Assembly: GCA_951406725.2 (NCBI GenBank)
Contig: OX597840.1
Span: forward strand, 35,464,001 to 35,528,000
Direction: 5' to 3'
DNA from: Octopus vulgaris
Taxonomy: Eukaryota
Length of the DNA stretch: 64,000 nt
The notes beneath the pieces were generated by a model, which searched no databases, was not told where the DNA came from, and saw nothing but the letters and a program-made list of their open reading frames with translations. A program made the translations under genes and the position numbers. Positions 47,431 through 59,415 of the stretch are shown piece after piece. Position 1 is the first letter of the stretch. The number at the start of each line of letters is the position of its first letter.

Positions 47431-48289
47431 CAAGGTGTGATCAATAAGTATCCGGACTGGTACTCTAAAAACAAAACTACAACACGTACCAATTTGGCAT
47501 TAAATCTCCGTCAAAGTAGTCCCCTTCGGAAGTCACAGACTTAATCCAGCTCTGTTTCCATTGATGGAAGCATTCCTGGAATTCGTTTTCTGGGATAATC
47601 AAAAGCTGCCTCGTGGTATTCACTTTGATTTCCTCGACATTCTGAAATCTTCCTTTCAAGCGGGTTTTGATTTTTGGAAAGAGAAATAAGTCGCAAGGGG
47701 CGAGATCTGGGAAAATTCGGTTGCTGTGGGACCTGATGAATGCTGTGCCCAGCCAAAAACTGCTGCGCAAACTGCGCTGAACGTGCAGGTTCGTTGTCAG
47801 TTGAAAGTAGTTTGGGGCACAAACTTGGCAGACGCGCATTTCATACCCAAATCTTCAGTAATAATGGACTGAACTGAACCATAACTAATCTGCACATCCT
47901 CTGATAACTCACGAATGGGGTTCCGATGATTTCCCTTCATATCTGCACGGACATCTGCGATGTTTTTTTCAGTTCTGTTGGTTGCGGCTCTCCCAGAACG
48001 TTCGTCCGTATTGACATTTTTTTCGGTTCCATACACTCCTCTCCATACACTTACTGCAACTTTGCGTAGGCCTCTGAGCAGGCATCGCCAAGCTTTTGGC
48101 AAAAGTTGATGTAGTTTCATGGTCAATGCGACGAACACACACTACACACCTTCCTTCCGAGCACTGCTGTAAACAGCGGAAGTGAGCTAGAACGTCAAAG
48201 CTTAGTGCGCATGCACAGCTGAGTTAGCTTCACTCTGCGTGCTTTAACTTCGTTACTGTGGCAACAGTCCAGATACTTATTGATCAGAC

Positions 48290-48293
<4 letters not shown>
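47431..48293 (-). mobile_element. Internally deleted mariner transposon (863 bp)
   Basis: 29-bp TIRs caaggtgtgatcaataagtatccggactg / cagtccagatacttattgatcagacctca; TA TSD; transposase remnants DERSGR and PDLAPCDLFLFPKIK. Confidence 0.9.
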
Positions 48294-48364
<71 letters not shown>

Positions 48365-48583
48365 GCACACATTTGTGCAAGGTGCTAACAGTGGGACTGA
48401 ACCTGGAACCATGTGGTTGGAAAAAGGAAACTTCTTAACCACACAGCCATTCATACACACACATACACACACAAATATATATGATATATGTGTGTTTATG
48501 TATATGTGTGTGTGTGTATGTATGTATGTATATATATATATATGTGTGTGTGTGCATGTGTGTATATGTATGTACATATATAC

Positions 48584-48695
<112 letters not shown>

Positions 48696-49829
48696 TTCTT
48701 ATATATATACATATTTGTGTATGTGTGTGAATATGTGTATCTACACATGTATATAAACAAGTGCATAATACGCACACACACACACACTACGCACACGCGC
48801 ACACACACACGTACATTATTGGTGACTGATTTTCTGAGTTAATCGGGTTTCGATCCTAGCGGTCATGTTCACAATTAGTGCATGTGTGTGCGTATGTGCG
48901 CGTGTATGCGTGGTTGCTTGCTCGTGTGCATGTCTATCCGTGTGTATATGTGTGTGTGTAACGATACATATGTGTATATGAACATGTATATACATACATA
49001 TATATATATACACATATTCATAGACACACACACACACACACCCAACACACACACACACACACACACACATTGGTTTGTCTAAGTTTGTAGGTAAGACATT
49101 AATGACCGGTCATTTTGAAAAGGTAAAACAACGATGGCTGCAGGTGTTAACATTGCTGATGTTGATGATGATGATGGTGGAGGTGGTGGTGGTGGTGGTG
49201 GTGGTGATAGTGGCGGCGGTGATGCTGGTTATGGTGGTGGTTGGCGCAATAATGACGGTAGTAGAGGTGGTATTGGTGGTGGTGTTGGTAGTGGCGGTGA
49301 TAATGATCGTGATGATTATGAAGACAATGATGATTATTACAGTTTCAGTTTTTCTTTCCGTCAGCCTCACCTCTCTCTCTCTCTCTCTCTCTTCCAATCA
49401 TCATTTCATCATAACCGTCATCATCACTACTATCAGCATCATCATCACTATCATCAATCCTCGTCGCCATTGTCGACGTACACGTCATCATCGTCCCCGC
49501 TTTCAATTCAAGTCCAAACTACACAATCGGATGTAGAGGTGAGCCCGTCATCACTGTAAAGCCTACCAAACCTTGAACATTCGCGCCAGTCACACTCTAG
49601 GTGACCAACCATTTGCTAACCATTCCTTGCTTTTTATTACTAAGAATATGGTGCCGGATAAGACATCCCACCTTCGCCTCCACCATCTCCATCGTCATAA
49701 TTAGCCTTCTTCTTCTTCTTATTCTTCACCTGGTTTACAATATTTGTTGTGGCTCCTTAAGTTCTGAGTTTAAATACCGCCGAGGTCAACTTTGCCTTTC
49801 ATCATTCCGAGGGCGAGAAAATAAATCGC

Positions 49830-50154
49830 GGATCTTTTCACTTTGACCGGCAGATTTAAAAAATAAATTTCTTTGTAACTAAACACTTTCAAACTTCGTA
49901 GACTGGTAGAATGTGTCACATAAAACATCTTTTTCTCTTGGCGTTCTTGAGAAAAGTCTGTAGTTTGTAAGCTATTTCTTGTTAAATTTCTCGTATTTCG
50001 GCAATTTCAACCAATCAATGACGTCTATTAAGGTGAATACAATTACTGCTGTTGCTTGTCAACAAGAACTTCCGGCGGTGTATATTTCGTTTGCCGAAGT
50101 TTAAAAGTTACAAAAAATTATTTTTTAAATCTACCGGTCAAAGTGAAAAGATCC
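49830..50154. mobile_element. MITE with ~50-bp TIRs, GG termini and 8-bp TSD (Merlin-like)
   Basis: ggatcttttcactttgaccgg / ccggtcaaagtgaaaagatcc; TSD taaatcgc/taaatcac; inserted in a SINE B copy. Confidence 0.8.
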
Positions 50155-50321
50155 TAAATCACTAGTCACGTACTGGAGTCGATGGTATCGACTAACACTT
50201 TTCCTACAGCCTCTGGTTCGTGTTCACCCGGGACTGTTTGTGCGGGGTTTATCCCGAATTACCCTAAGTGCTCTACCCCTTACTGGGGATTCTATTTGTT
50301 AACTATTTATTTTTCTAATTT

Positions 50322-50375
<54 letters not shown>

Positions 50376-50465
50376 GGAAAGTTTGCGAACAGAAAACAAA
50401 AGACGAAGGCAGGTGGTGTACAAACAAACAAATGTATTAGTATAGCGCTCAGGAATAAAAACAAG

Positions 50466-50503
50466 TCTTTTACGTTTCGAGCCTACGCTCTTCTACAGAA
50501 AGA
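50466..50503 (-). ncRNA. Hammerhead-like motif, CUGUAGA family (copy 2)
   Basis: Reverse complement tcttt-CTGTAGA-a-gagc-gtag-gctc-GAAA-cgta-aaaga. Confidence 0.55.
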
Positions 50504-50710
50504 TATACAGAAAAAAAAACAAGGAGAGAAAAACAATGTGTGTAGTAGCTGTGTATTACATATATTGATAAAACTGGTAAGACAACAAAAGAATGAAAGA
50601 AACCTCGATATTATGTAAATGGAGGAATTTATCTGTAAATGTAATATGTGACAATTATTCGGTAGCCATTAAAAAACTCCGAGTTTCGGATGCCGAAGGC
50701 ATTTTTACGA

Positions 50711-50784
50711 TGGCCGGATAACTGAAGAGATGGCGGCGTGGATTTCCACCTGCGCATCCGAAACTCGGAGTTTTATCATGGCTA
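50711..50784 (+). ncRNA. Type I hammerhead-like motif with canonical core (CUGAAGA, GUU site)
   Basis: tggccg-gataa-CTGAAGA-gatg..gtgga-t-t-tccac..catc-c-GAAA-ct-cgg-agt-T-ttatc-a-tggcta. Confidence 0.7.
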
Positions 50785-50806
50785 CCGAATAATTGTCACA
50801 TATTAC

Positions 50807-50902
<96 letters not shown>

Positions 50903-52437
50903 TTTTGTCATATCCTTCAATGCTGTAGTGTCTTCGTTTGTCTTGCATATATAATCGGGTTATCTTCCATTTAAATACTTCAGACATTATGTTGTCTGTA
51001 GCAGCTATTCTATTGATAGCGGTGGGGTATTGTCTACTTTTCTGGATGTTCTTGATTACAATATCTGGTAGATTAGCCATGAACTCTTTGTCGTTGCGGA
51101 TTAGTGTATCACAGATAAAGGGATTTGTTAATCTGCACGACCACCTCCGCTACCTCAACTAACCACACCAACACGGAACATCACCACCACTGCAACGACC
51201 ACAGTTAACATGACTAACACCACCACCAACTACTACTACTTCTACTACTACTAACAGTACCACCCTCACTACCAACACCACTACCACCACCGTCACTAGT
51301 ATTACTACAACTACTACCACTACCACCACCATCACCACCATAACCATCACTACTATTAGAACTACCACCACCACCACCACCACCACTACCACCACCACCA
51401 GCCGTCCAAGAATTTGAACCTGGAGATCTCCAATTCCAGCGACTTCGAGGGCCACCTCCCAGTGGTGTCGGGCGTCAACGAAGAGCCCTCGACTACAACA
51501 AGACGACCAAAGTTTTTCTTTTTCCAAGGTCTGGGGTCTCCCGCCTATAAGCCCCTAGACCATCACCTAATCACCCTTGCCCATCTTGTTGCTTAACAAC
51601 CACCACCACCACCACCACCACCACCACCACCAACACCACCACCACCAACAACTCCATGAACTCTTTGGAACTTCTGGGTTCAAATTCCGCCGAGGTCGAC
51701 TTTGCCTTTCATCCTTTCGGGGTCGATTAAATTAAGTACCAGTTACGCACTGGGGCCGATGTAATCGACTTAATCCCTTTCTCTGTCCTTGTTTGTCCCC
51801 TTTGTGTTTAGCCCCTTGTGGGTAATAAAGAAATATATTATTACTACAACTACTACTACTACCACCACCACCACCACCACCACCACCACCACCACCACCA
51901 CCACCACTACCGCCACCACCACCACCACCACTACCACCACTACCGCCACCACCACCATCGCCACCACTACCACCACCGCCACTACCACCGCTGCCGCCAC
52001 CACCACCACCACCTTAATCGAATTCAATACGACTGCACCCGTATGTCGGTCCAACCTGTTGGTTGTCTTCTTCCGCCAACAATACGGAGATATTGTCTCT
52101 CAAAGTTGGTGACTCTGGGCTGGATTCAAAAACAATGAACAGAACAAATAAAGGAAGACAAGAGGAGTGGATTGGGGGTGGGGTGGGGCGGGCGGGGGAC
52201 AGATGTCAGCGGTAATGGAGTCTGAGTAGGTTTCTAGACACAAGTAGATACGTACATATAAACGAACACTTTTGTGTTTGTGTAAATATACGTGTGTATG
52301 TATGTGTGTATGTATGTATGTATGTATACAAATCTAATACACATACGTACATACATACATACATGCACACACACACATATGAATGTACATACATTATATT
52401 TACATGTGCATATATGTGTGTATGTGTGTGTGTGTGC

Positions 52438-52481
<44 letters not shown>

Positions 52482-52528
52482 CTCTCCTTTTTTTCTCTCC
52501 TTTTTTCTCTCCTTTTTTCTCTGTGTCC

Positions 52529-52564
52529 CTTTCTGTAGAAGAGCATAGGCTCGAAACGTAAAAG
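52529..52564 (+). ncRNA. Hammerhead-like motif, CUGUAGA family (copy 3)
   Basis: cttt-CTGTAGA-a-gagc-atag-gctc-GAAA-cgta-aaag; element ~52480-52657 flanked by (TA)n. Confidence 0.55.
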
Positions 52565-52653
52565 ACTTTTTCAATTCCTGAGCGTTATACTAATACATCT
52601 GTTTGTTTTGTACACCACCCGTCTTCGTCTTTTGTTTTTTTCGTGAACTCTCC

Positions 52654-52713
<60 letters not shown>

Positions 52714-52945
52714 ATGAAGTTGACGAAGGATGAAATATACGAGAATGATTATACGCAGTGGGACTGAACCCGGAACCATGAGGTTGGGAAGTAAGCGTGT
52801 TACCACACAGTCACACCTGCGATATATATATATATATATAGCAAAAATTTAGATTCAGATGAATTGGGTAATATGTTGAGGTACCAGAATTTAGTAGGGT
52901 ATTATCCATACAATTTCAAAATAAGAAACAGGATATCAAGAGGTA

Positions 52946-53033
52946 ATGCAGTACGATCGTTTCATGCAACTCCATTTAATTGAACAATGTAATCATTACA
53001 TCAATTTAAATGCAGGGCAATCCTCAGCTGCAT
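52946..53033 (-). ncRNA. Penelope-type hammerhead-like motif (CUGAGGA, long stem II, palindromic GAUC loop III)
   Basis: Reverse complement atgcag-CTGAGGA-ttgc...gcat-GAAA-c-gatc-g-TA-ctgcat. Confidence 0.7.
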
Positions 53034-53363
53034 AAACACATAGAATTAAATTAAATTAGAACAGATGGACGCATTAGTATAATTATACCTAAAATCTCCA
53101 AGAAGTTAAGGAGATGCTGTCTCATTCCAGCATAGAAGTTACTAAGTTTTCAAGAAGATATATATTGTTATAGATTCTGCCTGTGACTGATTTTTTTTTT
53201 GTTTTTATGGGGTCAGTTTTAATTTAGAGACTAGTTTATCAAATCCCATGTAAATCTAAGGCTGAGAGAACAGAGGGCAGTATCTGTTAGGGGTAGGGCT
53301 GAGGGAGCAGACAGACATCATAGTTGGTGAGTAGCAGAAGTAGTAGTAGTAGTAGTAGTAGTT

Positions 53364-53421
<58 letters not shown>

Positions 53422-53534
53422 CAGTAGTAATCATACATTCGTGTTTATTTGTATAATTTAATCTATTGACTATGTATTGATATTTCTCTTCTTTCTCTCC
53501 TTTTTCTTTTTCATACCCACACACACACACACAG

Positions 53535-53906
53535 GTGTTTCCGTTTCCGTCAGTTGCTTCACCTTGGTCGCCATGTCTCTGGAACGCTACTTCGCCATCT
53601 GCCATCCTCTCTACTCCCGCCAATGGCAGACCCTGTCGCATGCTTACAAGACTATTGCCGCTTGCTGGCTGCTTGCCTTCGCCGTGGTAATTCCCATAGC
53701 CACATACACCAAACTAGTGTCCACCTGGAATGGTCAGATACATTTTTGCAGAGAGATATGGCCGACTAAACTGGGCAGCCAATTGTACACCGTTTTTCTC
53801 GACTGGATTCTCTTGATTGTACCTATTCTCATCATGTCATGTTCATATGGACTAATTGTACGGACATTGTGGTTAGGCATCAAAATGGACGAAAAAATTC
53901 AAAAAG
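53535..53906 (+). CDS. CCKR: CCK-type receptor coding exon 2 (TM3-TM5)
   Basis: Acceptor ACAG| at 53533-53534 after a pyrimidine tract; G+GT=Gly restores frame. VSVSVSCFTLVAMSLERYFAICHPL-SR-WQTLSHAYK, ECL2 Cys (CREIWP), TM5 VPILIMSCSYGLI. Donor AAAG|GTAAGC at 53906/53907. Confidence 0.95.
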
Positions 53907-54329
53907 GTAAGCCCTTTCTTTATTGAATTATAATTTCATTGTAAAATATTTATTTGTGACAGAGGCAATATTAACGCCGAGAGGTATTTTTTATCCCCAC
54001 TTAATCGTGACCACCTGGTCAAACGATTTCGACTTTTCTTGGTCCTGTCAATGATGGACGCTCGACTGCTAGAGAGAGCAGCGATTTATCGTCCCGCCAG
54101 CGATATATAGCAGTACAGTGCAAGAACAGGCGCTGGTGTAGAAGTACAGTGTCAGAACAGGCAGTGAGCTTGTTGAAAAATATTCATTGGGACAGAAGCA
54201 GTATTTGTATCGACAGGTAAGGTTTGTTTCCATTTAAACGTCGATGTTCCGTTAGAACAAACTATACTGTAGTACTTTTGTGTATATTGTTAGCAGGGAG
54301 ATAAATCCCTGCAACCTCGAGTGCTGAGA

Positions 54330-54376
54330 CCATCAGATCATTGGATTTCGACCTTCCTTGATCTCATCAATGATGG
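54330..54376 (-). ncRNA. Diverged hammerhead-like motif of the 37161/43761 family
   Basis: Reverse complement ccatca-TTGATGA-gatc-aaggaa-ggtc-GAAA-tc-caat-gat-C-tgatgg; a more decayed copy lies at ~54010-54058. Confidence 0.6.
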
Positions 54377-54477
54377 GCACTTGAACGCTATAAATGGCAG
54401 AGAATCATCTCTACAACAGTAATATATATAGAAAAACAGTACTAGAAGAGGTACCGGTATTGCAATCAGCCAGTGAA

Positions 54478-54514
<37 letters not shown>

Positions 54515-54901
54515 TATAATCAGCCAGTGAGCTTATATATACGTGTCTGAGACATTAACCCCCCCCCCTGCCTGGACAATACCCCTTCCCCAGGACAATT
54601 ACCTCTGAGGACAACAGATGATGGTTTAAAACTTCTTAATATATTGGGGAGGGGGCAATTAACCAAGGGGGTAATTGTCCTAGGAAGTAGTTGTCCGGGG
54701 GAATTGTCCTATGGACTGGAGCAACCCCTTGAAGGGTTTAGTAGGTTAGCGTCTACCAACTGGTAATATTTCAGATGTTCAATTCGAATTTCACTAATTT
54801 TGTATAGCCTTGAAAACCATGTGTTAACATATATTTTCGAGGACATTAATATTAATTTTAATATGCTCTCTCTCTCTCTCCCTCTCCCTATCTCTCTCTC
54901 T

Positions 54902-54947
<46 letters not shown>

Positions 54948-55444
54948 AACAACTACAAAATAGCTAAGCTAAGATTCGAAACTGAATCCACATTTTCCCA
55001 CACTGTCAAACAAGTCATCATCCCATTGTCTTGACCTTTTTTTGGAACTCAGAGATTAACGAGAATGGGCTGACCTTTCAGACCTCTTCAGGGTATTCAT
55101 GGGTCAAATCCGATACAGACAAAGAACCCCCATTGTTTTAGCTGACCTAGATCTCTTCCCAGCAAATTACAAAAAAAAACTCAAACCAAACACTTTTCAC
55201 TCTCCTTGGTTACTGGCTCACACCGATGAGCACTCCCTCTTCCGACGAAAAGAAGAGGCACAACGGAACAACACGCTGAGTATACTTCGTGCTTGACAAT
55301 ACAATCTTAGTCTCTCCCTGTCTCTTGTTGAACACACAGAAATGAAACTAACTGCTGTCCGTACACAATGGAACCAGGGACAAATGGTCTACTCCATCTA
55401 CGAACAAGGGGCATGCACTAACAATTCGACGAGGTTGTGTAGCT

Positions 55445-55648
55445 CAGTGGTTTTCAACCACCAGGGTTCCGCCAGTACAGTCCAGAGGTTCCCCAAGAAG
55501 TTACAAAACTGCTAAAATCGGCAGTAATTTTTAATTCTCCTGTGCAGATATGTGTACATAAAACTATTAAATTATTGCACAGGGGTTTCTCGAGCCAGTG
55601 GAATGTTTCCTTGGGGTTCCGCTCCAGCAAAAAGTTTGAAAAGCACTG
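55445..55648. mobile_element. hAT (Charlie-like) MITE
   Basis: TIRs cagtggttttcaa / ttgaaaagcactg; perfect 8-bp TSD gtgtagct. Confidence 0.9.
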
Positions 55649-55759
55649 GTGTAGCTTATATACTAAAACGACTAATATTCGGATCTATCTTAATAAATGG
55701 CCAAATTAATAATCAAATCTTATTCTTTCTGTCATTTCTCTTTTGTCAATTCTCTTTTT

Positions 55760-56160
55760 CTCTTTTTACTTGTTTCAGTCATTTGACTGCGGCCTTGCTG
55801 GAGCGCCGCCTTTAGTCGAGCAAATCGACCCCGGGACTTATTCTTTGTAAGCCCGGTACTTATTCCATCGGTCTCTTTTGCCGAAACGCTAAGTGACGGG
55901 GACGTAAACACACTAGCATCGATTGTCAAGCGATGTTGGGGGGACAAACACAGACACACAAACACATACACACACAAATATATATATACATATATACGAC
56001 GGGCTTCTTTCAGTTTCCGTCTACCAAATCCACTCACAAGGCTTTGGTCAACCAGAGGCTATAGAAGAAGACACTTGCCCAAGGTGCCACGCAGTGGGAC
56101 TGAACCCGGAACCATGTGGTTGGTTAGCAAGCTACTTACCACACAGCCACTCCTGCGCCT
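55760..56160 (-). mobile_element. Full-length SINE family A
   Basis: Reverse complement of 21820-22240. Confidence 0.9.
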
Positions 56161-56170
56161 AGTTATTATA

Positions 56171-56212
<42 letters not shown>

Positions 56213-56729
56213 AATAATATTTGTCAGCCGGTGTTGGTCTGTTTACGTCCCCTTAACGTGGCCGTTCAGCAAAATTAAACCAATGAAATAAGTACCGGGC
56301 TTAGAAATATATATATAAAAAAAAAACGGAATAAATAGTTTATCCGACAAAACCACCTCCATTCATGATGTGTCCCAACATGGCCGCAGTCGAATGACTA
56401 AAATAAATAAAAATTAATAAAAATAAAAAGTGACCGGACAATAAAAGGCCCAAAACCAAACTCTGGAACCATCTTCCCAATCGGCATTCATTACTAAACT
56501 ACTTTCGACCATTATTAACTTACATTTCATTAAATTTCTATTCCCGTTATTCCCATTCAAATGCTTTCATTTTCCCAAATGGACGATTTCAACAAAGCAG
56601 ACGACCGCAAATATCACTGAACTTAACAACTCATCGCTTTTTCTTTCCTTGCTTTTTCTCAGTAATTTTTTGTTGCTTTTGTTTAGTTATTGATTTGTTT
56701 AGTTTTATTAATTAATTTATTTATTTCTA

Positions 56730-57089
56730 TATTTCGGAATGGTCATTTTGCCAGTTTAGCCAATAAAAACACACGCACTATATATTTGGTGTTACTTTGC
56801 TTCAGTGTTATTTATTTTTTACATTAATTTTAATCTTATTTCGGCCAGAGTTCTTTCGTCACACTCCTGTGACCGCATCAGTGGCTGACGGTTAGTAAGG
56901 AGAGACACAAATAAGAAAGAAGAAAACAAAGGACCACTGATGCGGTCACAGGAGTGTGACGAAAGAACTCTGGCCGAAATAAGATTAAGATTAATGTAAA
57001 AATCTAAATAACACTGAAGCAAAGTAGCACCAAATATATAGTGCGTGTGTTTTTATTGGCTAAACTGGCAAAATGACCATTCCGAAATA
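56730..57089. repeat. Fold-back: ~155-bp inverted arms, each carrying a hammerhead-like motif
   Basis: Arms 56730-56884 and 56934-57089, 49-bp spacer; cca-CTGATGC-g-gtcaca-ggag-tgtgac-GAAA-gaactc-tgg at 56934-56973. Confidence 0.9.
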
Positions 57090-57206
57090 CAATATCTGTT
57101 TCAACACACGACTTCACATAAAAAATCTTGCACAACAAATATATAAACGTACTTTATTTATTTCGTCCTCGTTTTATTCCTTCTCACTTTTTGAAAAAGA
57201 AGATTG

Positions 57207-57421
57207 GGCCATCTTTCGGTACAAGTACCATAACTGCCAAGTGTGTTTGTTTACATTTTAAGAAGATGATCGTCACTTTCCGTAAAACTTTATTTTTTTA
57301 TATATGTGGGGTTAGGGTTAGGGTTAGGGGTGGGAGAAAAGGGTTTCTTTTTCTTCAGAAATGTAAATAAACCCACTGGCTTTATAATTGGCAGTTATAG
57401 TACTTGTACCGAAAGATCGCC
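57207..57421. mobile_element. MITE with 34-bp TIRs, 8-bp TSD and internal (TTAGGG)3 (Merlin-like)
   Basis: ggccatctttcggtacaagtaccataactgccaa / ttggcagttatagtacttgtaccgaaagatcgcc; TSD gaagattg/gaagattt. Confidence 0.8.
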
Positions 57422-57487
57422 GAAGATTTTTAAGGCGCTGATCCAGTATGGCCGCTGCCTAATGACTGAAACAAGTAAAACGATATA

Positions 57488-57871
57488 TCTATATATATAT
57501 AAAGCTGAAGTTGTCTGTGTATGGCAGGTTTGGTAGCCTTCAACTAACACTATCTCCTCTGAGACCCTGCGGCGCAAGTTGACCAAAATTGAGAGTATGA
57601 TAGAAGAAGGCTTGCTCTTCCTTCCGTAGAAGAAAAAGTTCAAATCGGACCATGTTAACACCTAAAATTATTTACATCAAAAAGGTGCTTTTTTCTATGA
57701 AAATCCCTATTTTTTACGATTTTTTGACTGTTGTGTCGCCATTTTTCGGTGTATTTCAACCAGAAAAATGTTCACTTAAAGAGAATAACAAGCTACATAA
57801 TTTTTACTTTTCAAAAATTCCAATTCTAAAGGGTTGAAAGAAACCCGAGCAACGCCGGGCTATACTGCTAG
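57488..57871 (+). mobile_element. Non-autonomous Helitron monomer (same family as the 40.3-41.4-kb array)
   Basis: A|TC...hairpin...CTAG|T; collinear with the array units. Confidence 0.85.
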
Positions 57872-57901
57872 TATATATATATTATTTGATTTCTTTTGCA
57901 G

Positions 57902-58890
57902 ACGCAGAGAAGAGCAAAAAGAAGGAAAAGGAAAGTACGAAGATGATCGTGTGCAATGAAACGACCAAGATAAACCAAGGAGGTGACCTCAAGAAACACG
58001 TTAAAAAATATACGGAAAATAACCCGCGTCACGATGGCGCCGACCGGAAGCAGGTATCGAAACGAAACCCGAAACGTAAGTGTAACCAGAGTGTGACCCC
58101 AAACCATAATTCTAATTTGAATTCGAGTTCCTGCTTGCAGCATCGGAAACGTCGGCGGTTGAACGTTGGAGGGGGAGTTCGTCAGTCTAATATGGGGAAA
58201 AGCGTGACCACCAAGAAGCGCGTTATTAAAATGCTGTGTGTGATAGTCCTTGAGTTTTTCGTCTGTTGGTGTCCCCTGTTTTGCGTTCAGACCTGGAAGG
58301 CCTTTGACCCGCGGGGTATTCGCCGCCACTTGACCGCCGTCGGTATGAATTCCATTTATCTTCTCGCCTATCTCTCGTCCTGTTGTAATCCGATCACGTA
58401 TTGTTTCATGAACGAGAGCTTCCGGAAGGCTTTCCTGGCCACGTTCCACTGCGTCACCAAACGCCTGCCCGGCAGCAAGGAGCGACAGCGGCACCGTCAC
58501 CAGCAGCTGCAGTTGCTGCAACTTGAAATGCAGGATCGGCAGCAACAACAACAACAGCAGCAGCAGGAGAAGGATCAACAGCTACAACAACAAAAACAAA
58601 AACAACAACAACAAGAATACCAAGAACAACAACAGCAGCAGGAACAACAACAACGGCACTTATTACAACAACAACATTGTCATCTCGAAAAACAACAGCA
58701 AGACGTCGAAAGCGAAGTGTCGAGTGACACGACGAAATTCGAACCCGAGAACACCAGCACCGAAGCTGATACTATAGAGATATTCGACAATGACGACGAC
58801 GATGATGATGACGATTATGATGATGATGATGACGATGACGTCAACACCTACAGCAGTGATTCAGAGACTTTCTCCAAACAATCACACTAA
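57902..58890 (+). CDS. CCKR: CCK-type receptor coding exon 3 (ICL3, TM6, TM7, polyQ/polyD C-tail, TAA)
   Basis: Acceptor TTTTGCAG| at 57900-57901; G+AC=Asp in frame. KKRVIKMLCVIVLEFFVCWCP (TM6) and SSCCNPITYCFMN-SFRKAFL (TM7/helix 8). Exons sum to 505+372+989=1866 nt = 621 aa + stop. Confidence 0.93.
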
Positions 58891-59049
58891 AAAAACAAAA
58901 GACAATAATGAACATTTTGCGACATCTCAAATCTTATTATTCCCCATTTTTTCTTTCTTATTCTCTTCTCGTTCGTTCTTGGCTTCTTCTCTTCTGTATT
59001 TCTTTCCCTTCTTTCTCCTTTTCCTATCATATTTTTACTTTCTTCTTAG

Positions 59050-59415
59050 TGGAGGCGCAATGGCACAGTGGTTAGGGCAGCGGACTCGCGGTTTCGATTC
59101 CCAGACCGGGCATTGTGAGTGTTTATTGAGCGAAAAACACCTAAAGCTCCACGAGGCTCCGGCAGGGTGTGGTGGTGATCCCTGCTGTACTCTTTCACCA
59201 CAACATTCTCTCACTCTTACTTCCTGTTTCTGTTGTACCTGTATTTCAAAGGGCCGGCCTTGTCACTCTCTGTGTCACGCTGAATATCCCCGAGAACTAC
59301 GTTAAGGGTACACGTGTCTGTGGAGTGCTCAGCCACTTACACGTTAATTTCACGAGCAGGCTGTTCCGTTGATCGGATCAACCGGAACCCTCGTCGTCGT
59401 AACCGACGGAGTGCT
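59050..59415 (+). mobile_element. SINE family C variant in the probable 3' UTR
   Basis: tRNA-like head ggcgcaatggcacagtggttagg; 3' half matches 34270-34450. Confidence 0.8.

Noticed and set aside
54555-54715. Inverted ggacaat/attgtcc subrepeats suggesting a MITE
   Set aside because: Termini and TSD could not be defined.
57868-58578. 236-aa minus-strand ORF
   Set aside because: Antisense shadow of receptor exon 3.
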